Shown here: piece by piece, positions 27,211 through 35,420 of the stretch
Numbering within the stretch: position 1 is the stretch's first letter
Layout: each line of letters starts with the position of its first letter
IMG/VR virus record: IMGVR_UViG_3300047275_000229
Coordinates: 1 to 41,514 of that record
Strand: one strand, 5' to 3'
Length of the DNA: 41,514 bases
DNA from: a virus
Taxonomy: Duplodnaviria > Caudoviricetes
Position numbers and translations under genes: made by a program
Notes under the pieces: model-generated
Database searches by the model: none
The model's input: only the letters and a program-made list of their open reading frames with translations
Told to the model about the DNA's origin: nothing

Positions 27211-27865
27211 GAAGTGGCTTGACATATTTAATGAAGCCATTAGGATTACTGAAGAACAATCAGGGATACCTTCTTCTGATTGGAAGACTGCAGGTCGTAA
27301 GACCGCAGCTCGACCAGATGGAGAAGACCTATCGTTCTGGCAGAGCGATGGACTTAAGCAGGTTGAGTCATATCAGAAATGGTATGCTCAGTCTGGTTGG
27401 AAAATCGCAACCATGCCCGACGGTCGTCCTGGCATTGAATGGGATGCAAGTGTGCATTTCGGAGGCACACCTGTACGCTTTGTCGTGGATGTCATTTACC
27501 AAGTAGGGGAAGACTTGGTAATCGTTGACTACAAGACTGGTGCTAGGACACCGTTTGGCATGATTCAAGCTGGCTTGTATGCCAGCGGTATTGAAAAGAT
27601 GTATGGCATTCGCCCAAAGTTTGGTGCATTCTTTATGACACGCCAAGGTCAACTCGATGATTTGATTGACTTATCGCATCTAACCATAGATTATTTTGAC
27701 TATGTATTTTCGGCAATGAACGATTCAATTCAAGAAGGTTGGTTCCCACCATCCGTCGGAGAAAATTGTAAGATGTGTTCATTCCAAGACAAGTGTCCAG
27801 CAATGGGCTCAAAAGATTTCCCTCTGCAAATACCTACAACAAAGGGGAAGGAAAGGAAAAAGTAG
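27197..27865 (+). CDS. Cas4/RecB-like PD-(D/E)XK exonuclease, catalytic C-terminal part
   Basis: VDVI, IVDYKTG, QAGLY motifs; C-terminal CKMCSFQDKC; own AAGGAG RBS at 27185-27190. Confidence 0.88.
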   Translation: MSLTEKWLDIFNEAIRITEEQSGIPSSDWKTAGRKTAARPDGEDLSFWQSDGLKQVESYQKWYAQSGWKIATMPDGRPGIEWDASVHFGGTPVRFVVDVIYQVGEDLVIVDYKTGARTPFGMIQAGLYASGIEKMYGIRPKFGAFFMTRQGQLDDLIDLSHLTIDYFDYVFSAMNDSIQEGWFPPSVGENCKMCSFQDKCPAMGSKDFPLQIPTTKGKERKK

Positions 27866-28315
27866 ATGACTGAGTCTACGTTTTCATATACTGGCAAGTT
27901 AAATGGTCAGGATTTATTTACCGTTCGTGGTAATAGTGCTGATGAATTTACTGCCAACTTACAAGCAGCGGTTAAAGCAATCGCAGCAGCAGCCGACTTG
28001 CAAATGCAATTGCTAAGTCGTACTGGTCAAACCAGTATGGATAAAGCAATCGAAGCATTGCAAGATGCTGGCTTATCTCCTCAACCAGTAAGCACGACAC
28101 CTCAATCAATTGAGGTTGTCAAAGATAAATACGGCAATGAGTGGACATACGGACACCCAGATGCTCCTACACTGCCAGACGGTCGTGGTAACTACGCCAA
28201 GAAGAAGGGCGTATCCAAGGCTGGTAAGGCATACGTTGGCTGGTTCGACCCAGCAAAAGGTCCAAAGCCTTTCAAGCCAGGTGTTACCGAAGCGGAAACA
28301 ATCTGGACTAAGTAA
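27866..28315 (+). CDS. Hypothetical protein, possible ssDNA-binding/recombination partner
   Basis: KKGVSKAGKAYVGWF C-terminal motif; between exonuclease and ATPase. Confidence 0.5.
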   Translation: MTESTFSYTGKLNGQDLFTVRGNSADEFTANLQAAVKAIAAAADLQMQLLSRTGQTSMDKAIEALQDAGLSPQPVSTTPQSIEVVKDKYGNEWTYGHPDAPTLPDGRGNYAKKKGVSKAGKAYVGWFDPAKGPKPFKPGVTEAETIWTK

Positions 28316-29148
28316 TGCGTTCACTACTGCAAGTAGTCGGTGTGGAGTCACCTGCTGGTAAGCAATTACCAGAGGTGCTCCCTCTACTTACCGCTAGTCA
28401 AGTATCCTTCCGTCAGGCTCAACTGCATTTAATTGCAGGACAGCCAGGTGGCGGTAAGACACTGCTTGCATTGTGGTATGCAATCACCTCTAAAGTTCCA
28501 GCGTTATATATCTCAGCGGACTCTGATTCCAGAACAATCGCAACTCGTGCAGGTGCAATCATTATGAACAGAGATGTATCCGACGTTGAGAGAATCATGG
28601 ATACTGAAGCTAGCGTTCTTCTTGAAGATGCGTTAGCTGACGGTGCTTCACATGTTCGATTCGCCTTTGACCCAGCGCCCTCATTACAGGATATTGAGGA
28701 AGAGATAGAAGCGTGGATTGAACTGCACGGTGCAGCACCTGTAGCGGTGTATGTTGATAACCTAATGAATGTCGCTGCAGCCAGCGATAATGAATGGACA
28801 GCATTGCGTGATGCAATGTCTGCCTTTCACTACATGGCTCGTGAATATGAAACTGCCTTTATCGTTCTTCACCATGTCTCGGAGAACGAGAAGATGTCGA
28901 AGCCAAACTATCCAGCGCCACGTAAAGCCTTGATGGGCAAGGTTGCAGCTTTACCAGAACTGGTTTTATCTGTGGCACTGGATAGCACAGCCAATGTTTA
29001 TCGTGTTGCGATTGTAAAGAATCGCCATGGTAAAGCAGACCCGAATGCTGAAGAGTATGTCACTCTTGCAGCTGAAGCTAGCAAGATGATTCTCTACAAC
29101 TCATCTGCTGATTTGTTTAGAGCAAGGACAATGGGTCAATGGAAATAA
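28315..29148 (+). CDS. RecA/DnaB-fold ATPase (helicase-like)
   Basis: Walker A AGQPGGGKT, Walker B VYVDNL, IVLHH, VKNRHG. Confidence 0.87.
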   Translation: MRSLLQVVGVESPAGKQLPEVLPLLTASQVSFRQAQLHLIAGQPGGGKTLLALWYAITSKVPALYISADSDSRTIATRAGAIIMNRDVSDVERIMDTEASVLLEDALADGASHVRFAFDPAPSLQDIEEEIEAWIELHGAAPVAVYVDNLMNVAAASDNEWTALRDAMSAFHYMAREYETAFIVLHHVSENEKMSKPNYPAPRKALMGKVAALPELVLSVALDSTANVYRVAIVKNRHGKADPNAEEYVTLAAEASKMILYNSSADLFRARTMGQWK

Positions 29149-29525
29149 CTAAGTCAAGTTTCGATTTGGATTTTGCCTATGGTAAAGAAGGCGAGAACCT
29201 AGTAGAGCAACTCATGACCAACGGTAGAACTGTTGAGGTGAAGCGTGACCGCAAGTGGCACCAAACAGGAAACGTTTACATTGAAGTTGAATGTTGGTAT
29301 CTTAAGTCTCAATCTTGGGAACCGTCTGGTTTATCAGTAACACAAGCTGATTACTGGGCATTCGTATTGGAGGACATGGTAATCATGTTGCCAACCGATA
29401 GTTTGAGATATGCTGTCAAGAATTTCGGTCACGAAATTACTTGTGATATTCCCCCGAATAAAAGTAAAGGATATTTAATTACGGTTGAAAACTTATTGGC
29501 AACAACCAAACTGCTAAGAAAGTGA
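29139..29525 (+). CDS. Hypothetical protein, probable PD-(D/E)XK-fold nuclease
   Basis: GKEGE, VEVKRD, TGNVYIE, SGLSVTQADYW motifs. Confidence 0.55.
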   Translation: MEITKSSFDLDFAYGKEGENLVEQLMTNGRTVEVKRDRKWHQTGNVYIEVECWYLKSQSWEPSGLSVTQADYWAFVLEDMVIMLPTDSLRYAVKNFGHEITCDIPPNKSKGYLITVENLLATTKLLRK

Positions 29526-29529
29526 GGGG

Positions 29530-29799
29530 ATGATGAGGTTTCCAGATTTATCTAGAGGAGCATGTAGAGAGATTGGCTTAGAGCTTTTCTTTCCAGAAGA
29601 AAGAGGCAATGGCAGTGATACTTACTACTACTCTAAGACCATATGCAATAGGTGTGTGGTTCAAGATAAGTGTTTGGAATGGGCAATACTTCATGAGGAC
29701 CATGGCATGTGGGGTGGCACTACACCAGTCCAAAGAAGAAAGATAAGAAGAAAAAAGAAAATTCAAATACGAGAGGTATTGGTGAGAGATTACGTATGA
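29530..29799 (+). CDS. whiB: WhiB family Fe-S transcription regulator
   Basis: Four Cys (C...CNRC..C), LFFP, GMWGG turn and basic C-terminal tail. Confidence 0.93.
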   Translation: MMRFPDLSRGACREIGLELFFPEERGNGSDTYYYSKTICNRCVVQDKCLEWAILHEDHGMWGGTTPVQRRKIRRKKKIQIREVLVRDYV

Positions 29800-29945
29800 A
29801 CACGTTTAAGAGTACGCATACTAAATTTGCCATGTTCTATTTGGCATTTGGTTATAATCTAAAAAGATTTGCTATTGGATTTTGTATTGATAGATATTCA
29901 GTTAGTCTAGATATCGGACCTTTCTGGTTTAGCATCGAGCGATAA
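29796..29945 (+). CDS. Small aromatic-rich hypothetical protein
   Basis: ATGA overlap with whiB stop and TAATG overlap with next gene. Confidence 0.55.
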   Translation: MNTFKSTHTKFAMFYLAFGYNLKRFAIGFCIDRYSVSLDIGPFWFSIER

Positions 29946-30298
29946 TGACAACACCAGCCAAGCGCAAAGGTTCACAGTACGAACGTGATGTAGTTAAGTG
30001 GTTGATATCCATGGGCTACCCATGTGCGGAGCGAGCTTATGGTGCTGGTCGTCATGATGATGTCGGAGACATTGACGGTATTGACGGCGTGGTAATTGAA
30101 TGTAAGAACGAAAAGAAGTTTAATATCCCTGGTTATCTAAAAGAACTAGAGGATGAAATGATTCATGCGGATGCAGAAACAGGAGTTGTGCTAATTAAAA
30201 AGCGTGGCACATCTAATATCTCAGAGTCATATGCGGTCATGACCGCGGAGCTCTGGGTCAATCTGCTTAAACAGGCAGGTTACAATGGACATCAGTGA
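29945..30298 (+). CDS. Holliday junction resolvase (Hjc-like)
   Basis: KRKGSQYERDV, GDID, IECKN motifs. Confidence 0.8.
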   Translation: MTTPAKRKGSQYERDVVKWLISMGYPCAERAYGAGRHDDVGDIDGIDGVVIECKNEKKFNIPGYLKELEDEMIHADAETGVVLIKKRGTSNISESYAVMTAELWVNLLKQAGYNGHQ

Positions 30299-30336
30299 AG
30301 CAGTGAAAGAGTTTCACAAAATGAAAAGAGGTAACT

Positions 30337-30717
30337 ATGCGGTTAGCGATAGTGATGATGGCTGGATTGGTAATGCCATTGGCAACACCAGCTCAAGCCT
30401 ACTCTCCGCTATTAACAATCGACATGCGACTGTCGGCAATAGCCGACAAGGAGAAGCGAATCGAATTGGCAATAGCGCAATTCACGACCGACAAACAACA
30501 GGCTCGATGCGCGAAGAAGATTGCGTACAAGGAGAGCCGATACAACGAAGACTCCTACAACAAGAAGTCAGGAGCACGTGGAGCATGGCAATTACTGTGG
30601 GCAAAACCCAATTGGTCATTGCTGAAACAAACACACGAAGCACACAAGTATGTGCTACATCGTTATGACACTTGGTGCAATGCGTACAGGTTTCACCAGG
30701 AAAGGAACTGGTATTAA
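30337..30717 (+). CDS. Lysozyme-like (transglycosylase) protein with signal peptide
   Basis: Hydrophobic N-terminus ending AQA; KESRYN catalytic Glu, SGARGAWQ, YVLHRY...WY. Confidence 0.75.
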   Translation: MRLAIVMMAGLVMPLATPAQAYSPLLTIDMRLSAIADKEKRIELAIAQFTTDKQQARCAKKIAYKESRYNEDSYNKKSGARGAWQLLWAKPNWSLLKQTHEAHKYVLHRYDTWCNAYRFHQERNWY

Positions 30718-30720
30718 CAA

Positions 30721-31050
30721 ATGAATCAACCTGAATTCCTACAAGCAGTCTTTAGTCATTACGGATTGGACTTACCGCTTGGCGGTGAGAAGTCTATCCT
30801 TTGCCCTGTACATGATGACTCGCGTCGGTCTGCTTCAGTGAATTCAGATAAGGGTGTCTGGGTATGTTATGCATGTAACGGTCGTGGTTCTGGTATACAG
30901 ATAATCATGGCTCGTGAAAACTTAACATACCCAGAAGCTCGACGATGGGCTGAGAAGAACATCGGTAAAGAAACTACCAAGCAAGCTCCAGCACGTGGTC
31001 GTAAATCTAGCAATCGCTGGACACCACCAAGATTGAGGGCTATGCGATGA
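30721..31050 (+). CDS. Primase zinc-binding domain (CHC2) protein
   Basis: CPVHDD..SASVN...WVCYACNG. Confidence 0.87.
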   Translation: MNQPEFLQAVFSHYGLDLPLGGEKSILCPVHDDSRRSASVNSDKGVWVCYACNGRGSGIQIIMARENLTYPEARRWAEKNIGKETTKQAPARGRKSSNRWTPPRLRAMR

Positions 31051-31580
31051 CAACTATTATTGGTATTCAAGAACATGACGGCTGCTTGATTGCAGCTGAT
31101 AGTAGAACTACAACTGAGAAGGGCAGACCTTACTCACATCCAATTGTTACTAAGATTACTAAGCGTGGTAAATTTATTATTGCTGGTGCTGGTACTACCC
31201 AGCCGTGTGACATAGTCCAACATATTTGGAAACCACCAGCGATTCCTGCCAACATTAAAGACACCTATCACTTTATGATTACTACCGTGATACCAAGCAT
31301 GCGTGATTGTCTTCGAGACAATGGGTTTGTTCATGATGAGAAGGCAGATGAGTATGAGTTTTTATTTTTAATGGCTGTGAACGGAACCATCTATGAAGTA
31401 GATGATACGTACTCAGTCTTCTTACGCGACGATGGTATCTATGGCTTAGGTTCAGGGTCATCCTATGCCATAGGTGCTCTCGCATCAGGCGCTAACTGGA
31501 AGAAGGCGCTACAGATTGCAGCAAAGAATGATGTATATACTGCCCCTCCTTTTATTGTTCATAGGCAGGAGAAGAAATGA
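31047..31580 (+). CDS. Ntn-hydrolase, proteasome beta/HslV-like peptidase
   Basis: N-terminal MTTIIG, AADSR, KI, AG, GSGSSYAIGAL, D..T motifs. Confidence 0.82.
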   Translation: MTTIIGIQEHDGCLIAADSRTTTEKGRPYSHPIVTKITKRGKFIIAGAGTTQPCDIVQHIWKPPAIPANIKDTYHFMITTVIPSMRDCLRDNGFVHDEKADEYEFLFLMAVNGTIYEVDDTYSVFLRDDGIYGLGSGSSYAIGALASGANWKKALQIAAKNDVYTAPPFIVHRQEKK

Positions 31581-32224
31581 AACCTAATCAAAAGCTAATC
31601 GACCTTTGGACTAAAGCTGCTAATACTTATCATGCATCTCTTGCTGGTTCACCAGCTGAGGCATATCTAGAAAAGCGTGGGATTCTTTCTGGCGCTGAAA
31701 AGTTTCTGCTTGGTTATGTTGAGGAGCCAGCACCTGGTCATGAAGACAGACTGCGCCATCACCTATCCATTCCATACATAACAGAGGCAGGGGTAGTTGG
31801 ATTTAAGTTTCGCCGTATCGATGATGGTGACCCTAAGTACATGATTCCAACTGGTCAGAAGCACCACCTATATAATGTAAGCGCCATCATCCATGCAGTT
31901 CGTGAGGTGCTGATTGTCGAAGGAGAGATAGATGCAATTAGTGCCACACTTGCTGGACATCCTGCTGTTGCTGTTGCAGGAGTTAACGCTTGGAAGCCTC
32001 ACTTTGCTCGTTGCTTTGATGGGATAGGAAGGGTCATCATTGCGACAGACAATGATGTTAAAGAGGATGGGTCTAACCCAGGACAGGACTTGGCTCGCAG
32101 ATTACAGGATGCAATTCCTCAAGCTGTCCGCGTGTCGCTACCCCCAGATTCAGATATCAATAGTATAATTGCAGACCAAGGAGCTCAAGCGTTAACTAAG
32201 TTGATTAACGCACTGGATGAATAG
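31577..32224 (+). CDS. DNA primase catalytic (TOPRIM) subunit
   Basis: YLEKRGI, PKY, IVEGEIDA, ATDND motifs; no Zn finger. Confidence 0.88.
   Translation: MKPNQKLIDLWTKAANTYHASLAGSPAEAYLEKRGILSGAEKFLLGYVEEPAPGHEDRLRHHLSIPYITEAGVVGFKFRRIDDGDPKYMIPTGQKHHLYNVSAIIHAVREVLIVEGEIDAISATLAGHPAVAVAGVNAWKPHFARCFDGIGRVIIATDNDVKEDGSNPGQDLARRLQDAIPQAVRVSLPPDSDINSIIADQGAQALTKLINALDE
32130..32169 (+). promoter_or_regulatory. Putative internal promoter (GCGTGTCGCTACC + TATAAT)
   Basis: Second copy of the 13-mer followed after 21 nt by TATAAT (32164-32169), upstream of gene at 32236. Confidence 0.5.
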
Positions 32225-32235
32225 AAGGAGCTCCG

Positions 32236-32550
32236 TTGTCTGAAGATACAACCATCCTGCAATTTGAAGAGGATGCTCAAAAAATCTACGATGAACTCTT
32301 AGCCATTCTGGTTAAGAAACAAATTGACTATGGTCCATACAACATCTGGCATGCGCCAGGTGGCGCAACCAATGGGCTGATGGTACGTATGTCAGATAAG
32401 TTAGAGCGATTAAAGAATCTGATATATAAAAAGATAGAGCCGAACAATGAATCTTTGGAAGATTCATTTGTTGATATGGCTAACTATGCCATCATTGCAT
32501 TAATGGTACAGCGTGGAGTATGGGCTAAGTATGCCGAGAAACAGAAATAA
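32236..32550 (+). CDS. Nucleotide modification associated domain 1 (DUF1599-like) protein
   Basis: KKQIDYG, VRMSDKLERL, ESLEDSFVDMANYAII; AAGGAG RBS with TTG start. Confidence 0.75.
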   Translation: MSEDTTILQFEEDAQKIYDELLAILVKKQIDYGPYNIWHAPGGATNGLMVRMSDKLERLKNLIYKKIEPNNESLEDSFVDMANYAIIALMVQRGVWAKYAEKQK

Positions 32551-32821
32551 AACTTATGCCGAGCAGCGCATCTCTCGTATCCGTAGGTATGGGATTGATG
32601 TCGAGGATTATGAACGCATGCTCGAAGAACAAAACGGTGGCTGTTATATCTGTGGCAAAGTTCCAGAAGGGAACAGAGCTTTGGATATAGACCATGACCA
32701 TGCAACTGGCAAGGTGCGTGGCTTGCTATGTTCTAACCATAACCGTGCGCTTGGATTACTCAATGATGACGTAGTCCTCATGCTTAAGTCAGTTGAATAT
32801 CTGGTGAAACAACGTGACTGA
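32531..32821 (+). CDS. Recombination endonuclease VII family protein
   Basis: YGI..EDYERM..QNGGCYIC, LDIDHDH.TGKVRGLLCSNHN. Confidence 0.88.
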   Translation: MPRNRNKTYAEQRISRIRRYGIDVEDYERMLEEQNGGCYICGKVPEGNRALDIDHDHATGKVRGLLCSNHNRALGLLNDDVVLMLKSVEYLVKQRD

Positions 32822-33452
32822 ACTGTATAAGACTGACCCAATCTGGCAGACAGTTAATGAAATTACTGCTTCGATTGCTTGGACTATATCAAAAAGATAT
32901 CACAGGTTTGTTGAGCTTGACGATGTCAAGCAAGCTATGAATGAGTACGCTTGGAAACGTAAGGATAAGGTAGCCGAGTATCTAATCCGTGATAACGAAG
33001 ACGAACGTAGGATGGGATACAAAGCATTCAGTACATTCATCCGCAGGGCAGGCGAGCGATACGCTCGCAAAGAGAAAGCTCGTGCGCTTGGCTATGAACT
33101 AGGAGATGAATACTTCTATCGGTTAGCTATGATTGAAACTTTAATTAAAGTGCTTGGCTCTGAAGATGCACACCTATCTAATCAAGTAATGGACCCAGAT
33201 ATCCATGGTGTTAAAGCTAAGCGACAAGCTAGCGAAGGTAATAACCTACTGGCTATGCTGGCTGATGTAGATAAAGCAATGAAGAAACTAGACAAGAGAA
33301 CAAGTGCTATCCTTAATAGCAAGTACTCATCTGATGCACCATTAGCAGAGATAGCTAAACACTGGGACATCTCACCGCAAAGAGTTGAACAGATAATCAA
33401 CAAAGGACTAAGAGATATAACTGAATATCTCGGAGGGGCAACGCCATACTAA
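32814..33452 (+). CDS. Sigma-70-like / sigma region 4 HTH protein
   Basis: Region 2-like ELDDVKQ and region 4 HTH LAEIAKHWDISPQRVEQIINKGL. Confidence 0.65.
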   Translation: MTELYKTDPIWQTVNEITASIAWTISKRYHRFVELDDVKQAMNEYAWKRKDKVAEYLIRDNEDERRMGYKAFSTFIRRAGERYARKEKARALGYELGDEYFYRLAMIETLIKVLGSEDAHLSNQVMDPDIHGVKAKRQASEGNNLLAMLADVDKAMKKLDKRTSAILNSKYSSDAPLAEIAKHWDISPQRVEQIINKGLRDITEYLGGATPY

Positions 33453-33616
33453 TGAAGAAGAAACCATTCTGGAAAACAACCAATCCAAAAAAGAAATCAA
33501 CCCCACTTACACCTGAACAGAAAGCTGAAGCACGTGCTCGTGCTAAAGCTGCTGGTCGACCTTACCCAAATCTGATTGACAACGCTGCAGTTGCAAAGAA
33601 AAGTAAGAAGAAGTAA
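33452..33616 (+). CDS. Small basic protein (54 aa; not in ORF track)
   Basis: TAATG-coupled; MKKKPFW...AGRPYPNLIDN...KKK*. Confidence 0.7.
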   Translation: MKKKPFWKTTNPKKKSTPLTPEQKAEARARAKAAGRPYPNLIDNAAVAKKSKKK

Positions 33617-33786
33617 TGCCAACATTTGATTTCAAATGCCAGGCATGTGACACAGTGGTCGAGCTGATAATTACAGACGACCCATTTCCTAAATGCAAGA
33701 CATGCAATAACACATTGACCAAGGTATATACACCACCAGCAATACATTTCAAAGGTGGAGGATGGGGAGGAAACCACGGTGGGTAA
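33616..33786 (+). CDS. FmdB-like zinc ribbon protein (56 aa; not in ORF track)
   Basis: MPTFDFKCQAC...CKTC...PAIHFKGGGW. Confidence 0.8.
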   Translation: MPTFDFKCQACDTVVELIITDDPFPKCKTCNNTLTKVYTPPAIHFKGGGWGGNHGG

Positions 33787-34588
33787 GTCAGGTAACCCAG
33801 CTAAGAGAGCAGAAGCTGTCAATCGCGGAAACGAACAGATTATGTTGGCTTGGTGTGACAATGGAACTGTTGATGGAAAGTTTATGGAAGGCGTGGTCTA
33901 CACGCTACTAACTGCTGGACTACCTATCACTAGCGCACAACGTGTGCAAGGTAATCAGATAGGCAGACAACGCCAGACTGCATTTGATATCTGGCATCGC
34001 AAGACAAACTTTGAATGGTTGCTCTGGGTTGATAGTGACATCGTGTTAACCAATGAAGCTTTGCACAAAGTATGGGATGCAGCTCACCCAACTGAACGAC
34101 CTGTCGTTAGCGGAACTTATTTTATTTCCAAGCAGATGGAGACTTCAATCATGCAGCCGTATGCTGCAGCTTTCATGGCGCATGATGATAGTAAATACCT
34201 CATGTCATACATCCATCCACTGCCATTCAATAGCCTGATTAAGGTTGACTATGCTGGGTTTGGATTCCTATTGATGCATAGGTCAGTAGCAGATAAGATG
34301 CGAGAAAAGTTTGGTGACATTTCATTCTTCATAGAAAGTATGGATGAGGCTAATAAAGATGTCGATACATTTGTTGGTGAAGATATCCAGTTCTTCATGA
34401 AGATGAAGGAAGCAGGTATCCCATTGCATGTACATACTGGTGCGACAGTTAAACATATGAAGCGCTTCTCATTCGATGAGGAATTCTATAAGTTGTATTG
34501 GATTACGATGGCTAACGCACAGGCGCGTAAAGAAAAAGAGGCGGAGGCACAAACCCCCGCCCCTTCGGATGGTTCTAGTTCAAGCTAA
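33779..34588 (+). CDS. Glycosyltransferase-like protein (GT-A fold)
   Basis: LLWVDSD (DxD), AGFGFLL, GEDIQF, H.K motifs; GTG start after GGAGG. Confidence 0.72.
   Translation: MGKSGNPAKRAEAVNRGNEQIMLAWCDNGTVDGKFMEGVVYTLLTAGLPITSAQRVQGNQIGRQRQTAFDIWHRKTNFEWLLWVDSDIVLTNEALHKVWDAAHPTERPVVSGTYFISKQMETSIMQPYAAAFMAHDDSKYLMSYIHPLPFNSLIKVDYAGFGFLLMHRSVADKMREKFGDISFFIESMDEANKDVDTFVGEDIQFFMKMKEAGIPLHVHTGATVKHMKRFSFDEEFYKLYWITMANAQARKEKEAEAQTPAPSDGSSSS
34529..34565 (-). terminator. Intrinsic terminator of leftward transcription unit
   Basis: Minus strand GGGGCGGGGG-TTTGTG-CCTCCGCCTC followed by TTTTTCTTT, just past the last leftward gene. Confidence 0.65.
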
Positions 34589-34718
34589 TCCGCGAGAAGA
34601 ATTCTCGCTTGGTTTGTTCTGCATTGCGACACAGTTGATACATCTCCTGCTCGCCCTGCTTCTTACCGTAGCGATACGCTACATAACCGCTAGCAATTAC
34701 AGCTGCTAGTGTGAACAT
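34575..34718 (-). CDS. Small membrane-anchored protein (47 aa; not in ORF track)
   Basis: GGAGG RBS, MFTLAAVIASGYVAYRYGKK... Confidence 0.65.
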   Translation of the reverse strand: MFTLAAVIASGYVAYRYGKKQGEQEMYQLCRNAEQTKREFFSRISLN

Positions 34719-35041
34719 CACTTACCTCCAATCCGTTCGATGAGTCTCTCTGGTTGTTCAAGGTGAACAACCACAGCCCTACCTTTCTCGTTCTTATCTA
34801 CAGCCGATAAGTTCTTAACGAACTTCTCTGCCTGCAGTTTGGTACTGAACTCACCCCACGCTTGGACTGGAGCCCAAGACGCTAGCTGTGCTACGAGGAT
34901 ATAGGAATCACGTTTACCTCTGGATTCATCCAGAGATTCTATGATTTCCTGTGCTAACTCCGCAGCACTTTCGGAGTTTGTATTGTCAGGGTCAAGCAAG
35001 TTAGCAACTAACTTGATTTCAGTTGGACGTGGGCGTGGCAT
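34718..35041 (-). CDS. Hypothetical protein
   Basis: AAGGA RBS, TGATG-coupled start MPRPRPTEIK. Confidence 0.7.
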   Translation of the reverse strand: MPRPRPTEIKLVANLLDPDNTNSESAAELAQEIIESLDESRGKRDSYILVAQLASWAPVQAWGEFSTKLQAEKFVKNLSAVDKNEKGRAVVVHLEQPERLIERIGGK

Positions 35042-35172
35042 CAGTATTCCTTCATACACTGCACGTAGTTCTGATGCTGTGCCAGCGCTTCACGTGCTTC
35101 GATTTCTGTTCGTCGCTCTATCTCTGCATTGCAGTAAGCACAGATAAGAGTGACACTTGTTTGTATTATCAT
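35041..35172 (-). CDS. Small protein with Cys/His cluster (43 aa; not in ORF track)
   Basis: AGGAGG RBS, MIIQTSVTLICAYC...HQNYVQC. Confidence 0.6.
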   Translation of the reverse strand: MIIQTSVTLICAYCNAEIERRTEIEAREALAQHQNYVQCMKEY

Positions 35173-35420
35173 GCTTCCTCCTTTACTTCATGTTCTCGGT
35201 AATAGAGTTCACATACCTCGCCATCAATCTCGTGGTACATGATGTGTGCGCCTGCCATGTACTGGCATTCTTGGAAGTCATCTCCTTGTCCTGCCGTGTC
35301 ATGGTATCCGCAATACCAAGTCCATCCAGCGATTGGTCGTAAGACCATCTCGACGGATGGCTTGGTTGTTAGCGTGTTCTTATCTTGTAGTTTCCCCATC
35401 CTCATCCTCCTCTGGGGCAT
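35169..35420 (-). CDS. Hypothetical protein
   Basis: ORF in leftward operon; true start may be internal (MGKLQ, after GAGGA). Confidence 0.6.
   Translation of the reverse strand: MPQRRMRMGKLQDKNTLTTKPSVEMVLRPIAGWTWYCGYHDTAGQGDDFQECQYMAGAHIMYHEIDGEVCELYYREHEVKEEA

Noticed and set aside
30285-30668. 127-aa ORF overlapping the transglycosylase
   Set aside because: Alternative frame over a gene with clear motifs and RBS; no recognisable features
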